From contig JBGSTX010000050.1 of NCBI GenBank assembly GCA_041736305.1, positions 1 to 28,089 of the forward strand: DNA of 28,089 bases, written 5' to 3'. Origin of the DNA: Oligoflexus sp. GTDB lineage: Bacteria; Bdellovibrionota_B; Oligoflexia; Oligoflexales; Oligoflexaceae. A program made the position numbers and the translations under genes. A model generated the notes under the pieces. It saw only the letters and a list, made by a program, of their open reading frames with translations. It made no database searches and had not been told where the DNA came from. This document shows positions 17,982 through 27,100 of this stretch, one piece after another; the stretch's first letter is position 1; each line of letters starts with the position of its first letter.

Positions 17982-17993
17982 TTACGAGAACTC

Positions 17994-19073
17994 CTAGCTG
18001 TTGCGCGTGATCTTTTTACCCTTGAGCAAGAATACGTAGCGAATGACCTCTGAGACGGCTCGGTAGAGGGATTCAGGGATTTCTTGGCCTTCTTTACAGA
18101 TTTTGTAGAGAGTTCGGGCCAGAGGTTTGTTTTCGATAATGGGAATATTATTCTCCTTAGCGACCTCTTTCATACGCAGAGCGATGAAGTCTTGCCCTTT
18201 CGCTAGCACTATCGGAGCTGACATACCGAGCTCGTAACGGATAGCAACGGCGAAGTGAGTCGGGTTGGTGATGACGGCCGTCGCTCCTTTAGTCGCGGTT
18301 ACAGCCTTCGCCATCGCTATCTCACGCTGCATCCGCTTCATTTTAGCTTTGACATGCGGATCCGATTCACGGTTCTTGTATTCTTGCTTAAGCTCTTGCA
18401 TGGTCATTTTCAGCTTTTGCTCAAGGGAGAAGAAGCTATAGATGAAGTCACCCGCTGCGATGAAGACCATCATCCCCATAACCGACCACATGAGGTTCCA
18501 GGAGATAGAAGCCCAGTAGTGCCAGGCATCTATAAAGGGCATGCGCATGAGACCTGGAACCTTTGTCCACTCGCTTTTCAGACTGAGAAAGGTCACTGAA
18601 CTAATGATAATCAGTTTGCCAATGCTCTTAAGCAGCTCGACCACTGTTTCCCAGCTCACCATTTTGGTGATGCCAGTTATCGGATTCATCTTGGAAAAGT
18701 CTGGACTTAGACGCTTCCATGACCAATTCAGTCGAGTCTGTGAAAAGGTTATGAAAACAGATGAAATTATCAGCACCGCAAACAGGGGAGCGATCATAAT
18801 GAAGAATTCTCGTGCTACTCCTGCTAGATAGAAGTAGGCGGTTTGCTCGCTCATGACCGAAATATCGAGATGCTGGAACCTCGCCGTGAGAAAATGCTGG
18901 AGAAGTTCGACAAGATGCACGAGATATAGGCCCAACAGCCCCGTCACTGATGCCAGGACGAAGACGGAAGTAACTTCGCGAGAGACCGCTATCTGCCCCT
19001 TTTCCCGGAACTCTTCTCGTCGCTCCGGTGTGGCTTCTTCGGTCTTGTCCTGACCACTTTCTTCTTCTGCCAT
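17994..19073 (-). CDS. flhB: Flagellar export switch protein FlhB
   Basis: DKTEEATP.R, NPTH autocleavage motif, ENKPLARTLY. Confidence 0.97.
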   Translation of the reverse strand: MAEEESGQDKTEEATPERREEFREKGQIAVSREVTSVFVLASVTGLLGLYLVHLVELLQHFLTARFQHLDISVMSEQTAYFYLAGVAREFFIMIAPLFAVLIISSVFITFSQTRLNWSWKRLSPDFSKMNPITGITKMVSWETVVELLKSIGKLIIISSVTFLSLKSEWTKVPGLMRMPFIDAWHYWASISWNLMWSVMGMMVFIAAGDFIYSFFSLEQKLKMTMQELKQEYKNRESDPHVKAKMKRMQREIAMAKAVTATKGATAVITNPTHFAVAIRYELGMSAPIVLAKGQDFIALRMKEVAKENNIPIIENKPLARTLYKICKEGQEIPESLYRAVSEVIRYVFLLKGKKITRNS

Positions 19074-19082
19074 AGAAACCTC

Positions 19083-19865
19083 TTAGGGGGTCAATCCAGC
19101 CATTACACTCGCGATCTGCAGACGAGCTCCTTCAAAATGGTGACCAGCCCACTCAGGAAAGAAAGGAAGGCACGCTAAATAGACAAAGAGGCCGACGAAA
19201 AAACCAACCGGAAAGCTCATGGTGAAAATATTGATCTGGGGCACGGCTCGGGCGATGAGGCCCATGGCCGTATTGGTAAACATAAGTGCAACTAGGACCG
19301 GCGCCCCGAGCTGGATGGCAATCCGGAATACGTCTGCCGTCCCTTGGATCATGAGGGTACCTAGACCCTTACTCGGTATGGCGCCTCCTGCGGGAATAAG
19401 CGCAAAAGTACGTGCGATCGCATCAAGATACATGTGGTGTAGATTGAGGCTTAGAAAAATCAGCATCATCACTACGCGATGAAAGGCTGTGAAGGCATTC
19501 ATTTGCACATCGGCATCAGGCATGAAGAGGTCAGCCAAGCCAAAGCCCATCTGATAGCCGACGATGCTAGCTGCCATAACGATAGCATCGAACGCCAGAC
19601 GGCCGACAAAGCCCATGAAGAGGCCGATGCAAACTTCGCGTACGATAAGCGCGACGAACTCGATCGTGTCAGTGGGAAAGGCCTTGATCCAGCCCAAAGG
19701 AACAATGCCATAGATGGCGCATGAAATGGCTACTCCCAGAAGTATACGTACTTGGACGGGAGTAGGAGAATCGCCAAAAAAAGGCAGCGCAAAAATCAGC
19801 GCGCTGACGCGGGTAAAGATGATGGCGCCAGTTAAGACAAACTCGACGCTGAGGCCGTAGATCAT
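19083..19865 (-). CDS. fliR: Flagellar export protein FliR
   Basis: LPFFG...P..VR, GYQMGFG, RAVPQINIF..FP. Confidence 0.95.
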   Translation of the reverse strand: MIYGLSVEFVLTGAIIFTRVSALIFALPFFGDSPTPVQVRILLGVAISCAIYGIVPLGWIKAFPTDTIEFVALIVREVCIGLFMGFVGRLAFDAIVMAASIVGYQMGFGLADLFMPDADVQMNAFTAFHRVVMMLIFLSLNLHHMYLDAIARTFALIPAGGAIPSKGLGTLMIQGTADVFRIAIQLGAPVLVALMFTNTAMGLIARAVPQINIFTMSFPVGFFVGLFVYLACLPFFPEWAGHHFEGARLQIASVMAGLTP

Positions 19866-19874
19866 AACTGCCTA

Positions 19875-20144
19875 TTAGTGACTTACGTTGGAGATCTCTC
19901 GAAACATGCTGATAGTAAAGTTCATCAGCAGGCGCAGAATCCAGGGTCCACAAACGACTATTGCAGCCCCCATGGCGACAACTTTGGGGATGAAGGCAAG
20001 GTTCTGCTCGTTGATTTGAGTCGCCGCTTGAAAAATAGACACAAGAATACCCACCACAAGAGTAGCGATCAGGGCAGGCGCTGCCGTCTTCATGGTAATC
20101 AGAATAGTTTTCCAAGCGATGTCGAGAACCATTTGTTCTGTCAT
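19875..20144 (-). CDS. fliQ: Flagellar export protein FliQ
   Basis: VSIFQAATQINEQNLAFIPK. Confidence 0.96.
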   Translation of the reverse strand: MTEQMVLDIAWKTILITMKTAAPALIATLVVGILVSIFQAATQINEQNLAFIPKVVAMGAAIVVCGPWILRLLMNFTISMFREISNVSH

Positions 20145-20158
20145 CAGATTCTCCTTCT

Positions 20159-20926
20159 CTATCCGAAGCTGCGGACCAAAGATTCAACTATGAGCCCCCA
20201 GCCGTCGACCAGAACGAATAAGACCAATTTAAAGGGAAGCGCCACCACCGTTGGTGGTAGCATCATCATCCCCATCGCCATAAGTAGTGCGGAAACCACC
20301 ATATCGATGACGAGGAATGGGATATAAATGAGGAAGCCTATCTGAAAAGCCGTCTTCAGTTCAGAGACCACGAAAGAGGGGATAAGCACCCGCAGCGGCA
20401 CATCATCAGGAGACTTAGGCTTTGGCAACTTGGCGATATTAAAGAACACGCCAAGGTCAGGTTCCTTCACCTGGCTCATCATGAACTTCCTCAGCGGGTT
20501 GATTGCTTCCTTGACGGCCTGTTCCTGCGTGATAGCTTTCTCGATGTAGGGCGTGTAGGCCTTTTCATTGATGGAGTCGATCACCGGACCCATAGTAAAG
20601 AACGTCAAAAACAGCGAAAGCCCCAGTATAACTTGGTTAGGGGGCATGCTTTGCGTGCCGAGTGCCTGTCTCACAAAGCTCAACACTACGACGATGCGCG
20701 TGAACGAGCTCATCATGAGGAGTATGGCCGGAGCAACCGCGAGAATCGTGAGAAGAGCTATGATCTTGAGCGCTGGTACAAAAGCTTCTGGGTCATCAAC
20801 GTCATTAAAGTCAATGCTGACGCCGGGCAGCTTGCTTTCGGCATAAAGAGCCTTTGGCACAAGTACGCTGCCCATGGTGAAAAATAGCATAAAGCAGCGC
20901 AGCCATTTGACGATAGACATCCACAT
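20159..20926 (-). CDS. fliP: Flagellar export protein FliP
   Basis: SFTRIVVV..RQALG.Q.MPPNQ, SELKTAFQIGF, LPFKLVLFVLVDGW. Confidence 0.97.
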   Translation of the reverse strand: MWMSIVKWLRCFMLFFTMGSVLVPKALYAESKLPGVSIDFNDVDDPEAFVPALKIIALLTILAVAPAILLMMSSFTRIVVVLSFVRQALGTQSMPPNQVILGLSLFLTFFTMGPVIDSINEKAYTPYIEKAITQEQAVKEAINPLRKFMMSQVKEPDLGVFFNIAKLPKPKSPDDVPLRVLIPSFVVSELKTAFQIGFLIYIPFLVIDMVVSALLMAMGMMMLPPTVVALPFKLVLFVLVDGWGLIVESLVRSFG

Positions 20927-20940
20927 GATGACCTTCTTTC

Positions 20941-22143
20941 CTAGACCTTAGGGAGGTCACGTAATTTTTTACGGATCAACTTGGTCACGTCATCCATGGC
21001 ATTAGCGTCGGCTGCAGATCGATTTTGCGGCTGTGCTTGCCCTTTGAAATTTTTTACACCTTGATCGGAGATGCCATAGGAAATCGAACTACCAGGTTCT
21101 GGCATTTTTTCGACGCCGCGGCTGCTCCTGGATAATGGTTTTGAACCTGCGTCGTCTAAGGAAGGTGGACGACGTGGAACCGCTGCTTGAGGCCGTAGAG
21201 GACTGTGCGTAGGCTCTAGGGTCAGCCCATTCGCTGCGTCCCCTTTTTTAAGGGACGTTAAAAAGCTGATCTGATCTGCAGATACTCCGAGTAGAATTTG
21301 CTCGCCGCCCACTTGAACAACCGTGATCTTTTGTTTAGGGCCTAGGGTATGAGTGGCCAGAGTCTTCAGACTCATGTCGTTGCTCGGGGCCAGAGGCCAC
21401 TTGCGGGCTGCAATGTTACGCCATGACTTGATAACGATGAGGAGCAGCAGCATGACCGCGACAAAGACGGTGACAGGAACGAGCTTCTGATCAAGGCCTT
21501 CAGACCAAGAGCTTGGTGCGGCATCGGGTGCTGGCGCCACCTTTTTGGCCTTAGCATCTAGACCCTCCGCTTTGGATTTTTCAACTGTTGCCGCAGCGAG
21601 CGCTCCCTCACCTTTCGTCACGGCGATCGGATCCGGAATATCTGTGCGTATTGCAGTTCGCTGCACAATTTCTTCAGGAGAAGGACCACCGCTCACCGGG
21701 GCACCTTCAAAATGAGCAATCAAATTCTTTTCCGCTATCGCGTGATTGAGCATGAGAACGACTCGATTTTCGAGAATATCGGTCGTAATCGCTGGAAGAA
21801 ATTCGGCCGCTTCTTTGGTAACAAAGAGGCGAAGACCTGCGGTGTTTTCGTCAATCTGGAAGGCAGCCATTTTGCGAATATAGGGACTATTGGCCTCAAT
21901 AAACTGGCCTGGGTGAGTCACTAGAGTCTGTGGAAGTACCAGCTGGAGGAAGCTGCCGTGGGCTTCGACCTTGGGTTTTTCAAATCCCGGTTTTGTTTCG
22001 TAGCGAATGGTTATGATTGAGTTCTTACCATCTGATTCACCATCGATCGGTCCGATCGTCATCAGCATGGAACTAGCCGGTGCTTCTTGAGCCAGTACAT
22101 GGGAACCCCAAAGGCTCAGAAGCAGACAAAGAAAGCGTAGCAT
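20941..22143 (-). CDS. fliO: Long-form FliO with signal peptide and periplasmic (AMIN-like) N-terminal domain
   Basis: Lies between fliN and fliP; single TM followed by the FliO core TLGPKQKITVVQVGGEQILLGVS..QISFL. Confidence 0.85.
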   Translation of the reverse strand: MLRFLCLLLSLWGSHVLAQEAPASSMLMTIGPIDGESDGKNSIITIRYETKPGFEKPKVEAHGSFLQLVLPQTLVTHPGQFIEANSPYIRKMAAFQIDENTAGLRLFVTKEAAEFLPAITTDILENRVVLMLNHAIAEKNLIAHFEGAPVSGGPSPEEIVQRTAIRTDIPDPIAVTKGEGALAAATVEKSKAEGLDAKAKKVAPAPDAAPSSWSEGLDQKLVPVTVFVAVMLLLLIVIKSWRNIAARKWPLAPSNDMSLKTLATHTLGPKQKITVVQVGGEQILLGVSADQISFLTSLKKGDAANGLTLEPTHSPLRPQAAVPRRPPSLDDAGSKPLSRSSRGVEKMPEPGSSISYGISDQGVKNFKGQAQPQNRSAADANAMDDVTKLIRKKLRDLPKV

Positions 22144-22167
22144 CCGGAAATCTCCCTTTGAGGGCGT

Positions 22168-22590
22168 TTAAGGTGTGTTGCTCATATCGCCAAGACCAAA
22201 CTGCGAAACAACATCGGTCAGACGAACGCCAAACTTCTCATTGACGACGACAACTTCACCCATCGCCACTAATTTATCGTTGATGAGGATTTCCATCGGT
22301 TCACCGGCGATTTTGTCCAGTTCGATAACCGAACCTTGTCCGAGCTGGAGCAGGTCATTGACCAGCATCTTGGTCCGGCCCAGTTCGACAGATACCTTAA
22401 GAGGTACGTCGAGAATCATCTTCAGCTTGGAAAAATCCGTTCGGGCGAGACGTGAATCTTCGGGCGTCATCACCACATTTTCGTCTTTGTCACCGCCCTT
22501 GCCATCGCCATCGCCATTGGCCTGTGCCAGTGCTTCGTCAAAGTCGGTACCAAGACCAAAATCTTCCGCATTGAGATCCTGCTCAGCCAT
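22168..22590 (-). CDS. fliN: Flagellar motor switch protein FliN
   Basis: [43 protein letters not shown]. Confidence 0.97.
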   Translation of the reverse strand: MAEQDLNAEDFGLGTDFDEALAQANGDGDGKGGDKDENVVMTPEDSRLARTDFSKLKMILDVPLKVSVELGRTKMLVNDLLQLGQGSVIELDKIAGEPMEILINDKLVAMGEVVVVNEKFGVRLTDVVSQFGLGDMSNTP

Positions 22591-22623
22591 ATGCTTTATC
22601 CCTCTTAAATTTGGAACAGCTTA

Positions 22624-23607
22624 TCAAGTATCAAACATCGATTCGGTGACACGGATTGCGCGACTGCCCCGGAGGAGACCGGGAATGCCTTTAAATTTGG
22701 GAATACCCTCGACCATGACGCTGAGCGGCATAGTCGCATCGGTGTCGAGTTGGATGATGTCGCCGATTTCTAGATTCAAGAGATCGCGGACCTGAATTTG
22801 CGCTTCACCGAGCTTGACGACGATGTTAGCCGTGGTCTGCATAATTTGTTCTTTGACCCGGTTGATCCAAATAAAATCGACTTCGAGTTGTTCGCTCTGG
22901 AAGCCGACGGAGAGTTTGGATTTGATCGGTTCCAGCGTAGAGTAAGGGATGACTATCTTGATAGTTCCCGAGACTTTTTCAAGTTCGACATCAAATGTAG
23001 TCGCAATAACCACATCGGAAGGCGGGACAACCGCGACGAACTGCGGGTTGATCTCGGTACGGCTATAACCAATTTTTAGGGGATATACAGGTTCCCAAGC
23101 CTTTTCAAGATCGTCGATGGCTGAAAGCACAACGCGACGGGCTATCTTGATCTCAATCTGGGTAAAATCTTTTCCTTCGATCTTCGTATAGGGGACGTCA
23201 TTGCCACCAAAGAAGCTATCGACTAGAGCATAAAGAAGCTTGGATTCGATAACCATGACAGCTGCTCCACGCAGCGGGTCGAGGCGCAATATATTGAGGC
23301 ACGATGGCAGGGGCAGAGAGTTCATGAACTCCGAAAACTTCAGTGGACCCGTGGAGTTCACACTGAGGTTAGCCATTTTTCTTAGAGCGTTTGATAAGGT
23401 GACCCTAAAGAGGCGAATAAAGCGATCGTGAATGATATCCAGGGTCGGCATACGGCCCCGGATGATTCTATCTTGATTGGCTAGATCGTACTGGACGACG
23501 CCGCTCTGCAGATTTTCGCCGCCACCTTCCTCATCGGAATCGACTCGGTTGTCTGAAACCGCTGACAGCAGTGCATCTACTTCGCTCTGCGACAACACCT
23601 GACTCAT
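22624..23607 (-). CDS. fliM: Flagellar motor switch protein FliM
   Basis: CheY-binding LSQSEVDALL, GRMPTL, EINPQF, C-terminal SpoA domain. Confidence 0.97.
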   Translation of the reverse strand: MSQVLSQSEVDALLSAVSDNRVDSDEEGGGENLQSGVVQYDLANQDRIIRGRMPTLDIIHDRFIRLFRVTLSNALRKMANLSVNSTGPLKFSEFMNSLPLPSCLNILRLDPLRGAAVMVIESKLLYALVDSFFGGNDVPYTKIEGKDFTQIEIKIARRVVLSAIDDLEKAWEPVYPLKIGYSRTEINPQFVAVVPPSDVVIATTFDVELEKVSGTIKIVIPYSTLEPIKSKLSVGFQSEQLEVDFIWINRVKEQIMQTTANIVVKLGEAQIQVRDLLNLEIGDIIQLDTDATMPLSVMVEGIPKFKGIPGLLRGSRAIRVTESMFDT

Positions 23608-23619
23608 CGAAGACGCTCC

Positions 23620-24351
23620 TTATTCGATCAGAAGATCGGTGATGTATACAGATTCAATGCGCGTTTTCATGTAGCGGTTGATACGAGTCAGCACCTCTTT
23701 GCGCAGCGATTCTTTGCCGTCTGGCGAAAGAAGGAATTCCCGCGTCTTGCGCTGCACGATGCTGATCACCGCGTCACGCAACTGCGGCATTCTTCGCTCT
23801 ATTTCTTGTTTTTGGGTCTCGCCGCCGCGGTATTCGAGAGTCACTTCCAGCCGAATATAGCGGTTTTCAAGCGCGTTCCCTAGGTTAAGGTTGAAGGTCT
23901 GCATTTTAAAGGTTTCGCCAAAATCGATATCGATTTGAGGCTTTTTCTCTGCAGCCTCAGCCTCTTTGCTCGCTGCTTCACCTTTGCCTTTATCTTTACC
24001 TTTGTCTTCACCATGGGCATCTTTTTTCTCATCTTTAGCGCCCTTACCCTTGTCATCAGCAGTTGGGTCGGCAGCTTTTTTTGCGTCGTGCCCATCGGAA
24101 CCTTTTTCGGCTTCTACACTATCTTTGGAAATAACTTCTTCGTGACCTGCCGTACCAGCGTCACCAGCATCCTTCTTGCCACCGGATAGGAAGAGAAAGG
24201 CTCCAGCTCCCCCACCGAGGACCAAAACAGCTGCAACTACGGCGAGGATCAAGCGCTTCTTTTTACGCTTCTTTGCATCCTGTTCCGGAGTTTCCTCAGC
24301 TACTTCCTGAGGCTTTTTTTCTTTCTCGTCTTTTTTGGCTTCTTCTGCCAT
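23620..24351 (-). CDS. fliL: Flagellar basal body-associated protein FliL
   Basis: ATG 24351 with GGGGGA SD; KKKK + TM, long charged linker, FNLNL, PQLRDAVI, GKESLRKE, VYITDLLIE. Confidence 0.92.
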   Translation of the reverse strand: MAEEAKKDEKEKKPQEVAEETPEQDAKKRKKKRLILAVVAAVLVLGGGAGAFLFLSGGKKDAGDAGTAGHEEVISKDSVEAEKGSDGHDAKKAADPTADDKGKGAKDEKKDAHGEDKGKDKGKGEAASKEAEAAEKKPQIDIDFGETFKMQTFNLNLGNALENRYIRLEVTLEYRGGETQKQEIERRMPQLRDAVISIVQRKTREFLLSPDGKESLRKEVLTRINRYMKTRIESVYITDLLIE

Positions 24352-24380
24352 CTGAAGTCCCCCCACGCCAGAGGCAAGGT

Positions 24381-24397
24381 TACAAGACCCGTGCCAG
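24381..24397 (-). promoter_or_regulatory. sigma54 promoter of the fliL operon
   Basis: Minus strand CTGGCACGGGTCTTGTA: perfect -24 TGGCACG and -12 TTGT variant, 29 bp upstream of the fliL ATG. Confidence 0.8.
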
Positions 24398-24538
24398 AAA
24401 GCTGGCGGCCTCGCGCCTTAGCTATAAGCTCGAAAAGATGGGAAAGAAAGATTCAGTTCATAGGCTTAATCGTGATATAGAAGCCGCGTCGAATTTTATT
24501 TCAGAAAGCTCGGGCCTTTGTCGAATGACCAAGTCTGA

Positions 24539-24575
24539 GCGTCAGATGGTTGACGCGAAGAGTCAAATGAATGAC
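24539..24575. promoter_or_regulatory. Tandem GTCA-N6-TGAC palindromes, candidate enhancer (FleQ/FlrA-type) sites
   Basis: GCGTCA-GATGGT-TGACGC (24539-24556) and GTCA-AATGAA-TGAC (24562-24575), 21 bp apart. Confidence 0.6.
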
Positions 24576-24606
24576 AGAGAGTCAAAATTCATACGTTAGA
24601 GACAAA

Positions 24607-25851
24607 ATGATGGCGCTGCGTTTTCGAGAAGCCTTGCTCATAGTCCTTTTGTGGGGAAGCGGACCGAGTCTACTCCAAGCAGAAGCAGATTTTTTCAGTT
24701 TTGACTTCGAACCCGATGTCGTATGCCGCCGTATCCAAAATCCGGCGCGATCGCTCTGCCCAAAACTCGAGCATCTCAAGCTGCGACTAGGTCTCGATTT
24801 CGGTCAAGGCACTAGTATTCGACTTGGCTACGACCCCCAACACGTATCAAAGGCCACCTGGTTTAACACCTACGATCTTGGAGTGCAGAAGCTAGCTCCT
24901 CAGAAGTCTTGGCTCGATGACTATGCAATTCGTATAGACCTCGGCAGCGAGTGGGAGTTGAGCATCGAAGACTGGGTGGGAGTGACGCTGCTTCCAGACG
25001 CGAGTGGTTTGGGCTTCTCCCATGCATTGCAGGATACTGGCTGGAATCAGACGGCGCTCCGTCTCACTTGGTTAAACCCTGAAGTAAAAGTCTTAGCTGC
25101 GAGCCTCATCGTCGGTCAAGGAGAGGGAGAGCGCCTTGAGGAAGACGATAAGACTCCTTACTGGGGAGCCCTGGCGCGGATTGAGCTAGCTGACTCACTA
25201 GCTCTACAGGCTGGTATTTCCTATGACGAGGACAGCCAGACTCCAGCCAGCCTTTTCTGGCTCAATCGAGATGAAAGGCATAGAGCAGCCGAAGGCTTTC
25301 GCACGACCCGCCAGGCCGTGTCCCTATTTTTTGATGGCAATCACGCTTCGGCCCGGGGCTTGCGCTTGAGCACAGGATGGCAGCAGAGCCGCATCCGAGG
25401 CCCCCGCTCACCGGATCCCCTTCTTGTGTTAGATCCCGCACTGGGGGCCTTAGACCCTACAGAACTGCTTGCGGAATTTCTGGGAGGACGCAGCCGAGTC
25501 GAGCGTAGCACCTTGGGTGTAAGTGGCTCTTATCTCATCCTTGCCGAATATATCCTTGCGTTCAATTATCAAGAGTTGACGGTCGATCTTCACGAAGCTT
25601 TGCTTCGATCCTGCCAAAGTATCGAAGCATCCGGCTACTGCACTACAGAGGCAACGAATAGAAGCAAGCTGCGTTTGAAGGCCTTAACCTATGGATTCGG
25701 CAAGAAATCGGATAGTGGTTGGAGTTTGATGGTGGAGGCTTTTCGGGAAAGTTATGATAGCCTTTATGAGCTTTATCACTTCGCCCCTACTACCGAGCGG
25801 AGGCAAAAATCTTTGCAGCTCCTCCAACTTCGCCTCAGTTGGATTTTATGA
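24607..25851 (+). CDS. Hypothetical exported protein, probable outer-membrane beta-barrel
   Basis: Signal-like N-terminus ending LQA; alternating beta-strand patterns (LALQAGISY, LRLSTGWQ, WSLMVEAF); C-terminal LQLRLSWIL. Start uncertain (24571/24607/24610). Confidence 0.55.
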   Translation: MMALRFREALLIVLLWGSGPSLLQAEADFFSFDFEPDVVCRRIQNPARSLCPKLEHLKLRLGLDFGQGTSIRLGYDPQHVSKATWFNTYDLGVQKLAPQKSWLDDYAIRIDLGSEWELSIEDWVGVTLLPDASGLGFSHALQDTGWNQTALRLTWLNPEVKVLAASLIVGQGEGERLEEDDKTPYWGALARIELADSLALQAGISYDEDSQTPASLFWLNRDERHRAAEGFRTTRQAVSLFFDGNHASARGLRLSTGWQQSRIRGPRSPDPLLVLDPALGALDPTELLAEFLGGRSRVERSTLGVSGSYLILAEYILAFNYQELTVDLHEALLRSCQSIEASGYCTTEATNRSKLRLKALTYGFGKKSDSGWSLMVEAFRESYDSLYELYHFAPTTERRQKSLQLLQLRLSWIL

Positions 25852-25961
25852 GGAACTTTAGCTGGAGAGTTTTCTACGGCGACTTTTGCCCGTATTTTGC
25901 TTTAGACCCATTGGCAGATATGGTATAAGTGGCTCCCTGTTCGGCATTTAAAGGAGATGAC

Positions 25962-26465
25962 ATGAAAATAGGACGCACTCTTCTGGTCTTGGCAACTTTC
26001 GCCTTTGGGCTGACTCTCTCGGCATGCAAATCTTGCGTAGAACAACATGATCCTCGCCCGATTCAAGCCCAGATCAGTGATGAGGCTGCGCGCGCTAATG
26101 CCCCCCTTGAAAAACTTAATGCTGATGGGACCGCCCCTGCTCCTGTGGCGACCGAAGCTCTTGCTGCAGCGGGCGGTGGGTCAGCACAAAACGCTGGGGT
26201 TCAGAAATATGAGCAGTTCTGTGTTGCTTGCCACGGAGCCGACGGCAAAGCAGATGGCCCGAGCGCTTTAGCTTTGAATCCTAAGCCACGTAAGTTCACA
26301 GATGCCAAGTGGCAAGACTCTGTCGACGATGCTCATATCGCTAAGGTTATCAAAGAGGGCGGAGCCGCTGTAGGACTAAGCCCGACCATGGCACCCTGGG
26401 GTTCGGTTCTAAATGATCAGGAACTACAAGAAATGGTAGCCCACGTACGTTCTTTCAAGCAATAA
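25962..26465 (+). CDS. Lipoprotein monoheme cytochrome c
   Basis: AAGGAG SD; lipobox LSA-C; CVACH heme motif; LNPKPR.F; axial Met in MAPW. Confidence 0.9.
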   Translation: MKIGRTLLVLATFAFGLTLSACKSCVEQHDPRPIQAQISDEAARANAPLEKLNADGTAPAPVATEALAAAGGGSAQNAGVQKYEQFCVACHGADGKADGPSALALNPKPRKFTDAKWQDSVDDAHIAKVIKEGGAAVGLSPTMAPWGSVLNDQELQEMVAHVRSFKQ

Positions 26466-26473
26466 ACCCCTTT

Positions 26474-27100
26474 TTACCCCAGGCTCACTACCTCTTCTGC
26501 AGCTGCACCCACCCACTGCCGCATCGCCGGCAGTTGGGCGATCGCCAGCATATAAAGATCGAGATCCCGATCGACTGCTACTGAGTAGGATGTAAATCGC
26601 GTGACTACCGGTGCATACATCGCGTCTGCAATGGAGAAGGCTCCGAACAGAAAGGGGCCTCCTGAATTTTCGAGGCTCTCCTTCCAGATAGCTTCGATCC
26701 GCTTGATGTCAGCAAGTGTATCCGGACGCAGAGGAGGGCAAGGCCCTTTGTAGCTCAGATTCATAGGTAGCTGCTGCCGGAGACTAGCGAAGCCAGCGTG
26801 CATCTCAGCACTGAGGGAGCGGGCCTGAGCCCTGAGCTTTTTATCGCCCGGCCACAATTCAGCTTCGGGAAAATGCTCGGCTACGTATTCGCAGATAGCT
26901 AGTGAATCCCAGATAGTCAAAGGGCCATCGATCAGAATAGGCACGCGTCCTGAAGGAGCATATCTAAGTATCTGCTCATGCGTGTTCGCTTTGTTGAGAG
27001 GTATCATGATTTCTTCGAATACCGCACCCGCATGCTTCAAAGCCAACCAAGGGCGGAGCGACCACGAAGATAGATTCTTATTGCCGATTACCAGCTTCAA
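26474..27100 (-). CDS. Glutathione S-transferase family protein
   Basis: TTG start overlapping the lysC stop; KLVIGNKNLSSWSLRPWL, PSGRVP, WDSLAI.EY, EMHAGF..LR, FSIADAMYAPV. Confidence 0.92.
   Translation of the reverse strand: MKLVIGNKNLSSWSLRPWLALKHAGAVFEEIMIPLNKANTHEQILRYAPSGRVPILIDGPLTIWDSLAICEYVAEHFPEAELWPGDKKLRAQARSLSAEMHAGFASLRQQLPMNLSYKGPCPPLRPDTLADIKRIEAIWKESLENSGGPFLFGAFSIADAMYAPVVTRFTSYSVAVDRDLDLYMLAIAQLPAMRQWVGAAAEEVVSLG

Noticed and set aside
19669-20187. 172-aa alternative-frame ORF over fliP/fliQ/fliR
   Set aside because: Out of frame with three conserved genes and has non-protein-like composition.
22175-22795. 206-aa plus-strand ORF antisense to fliN/fliM
   Set aside because: Ser/Thr/Pro-rich shadow of conserved coding sequence, with no motifs; the same applies to the other antisense ORFs across the flagellar operon.
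26022-26050. CKSC near the cytochrome N-terminus as a second heme site
   Set aside because: It is followed by V, not H, and the first Cys is the lipobox cysteine.
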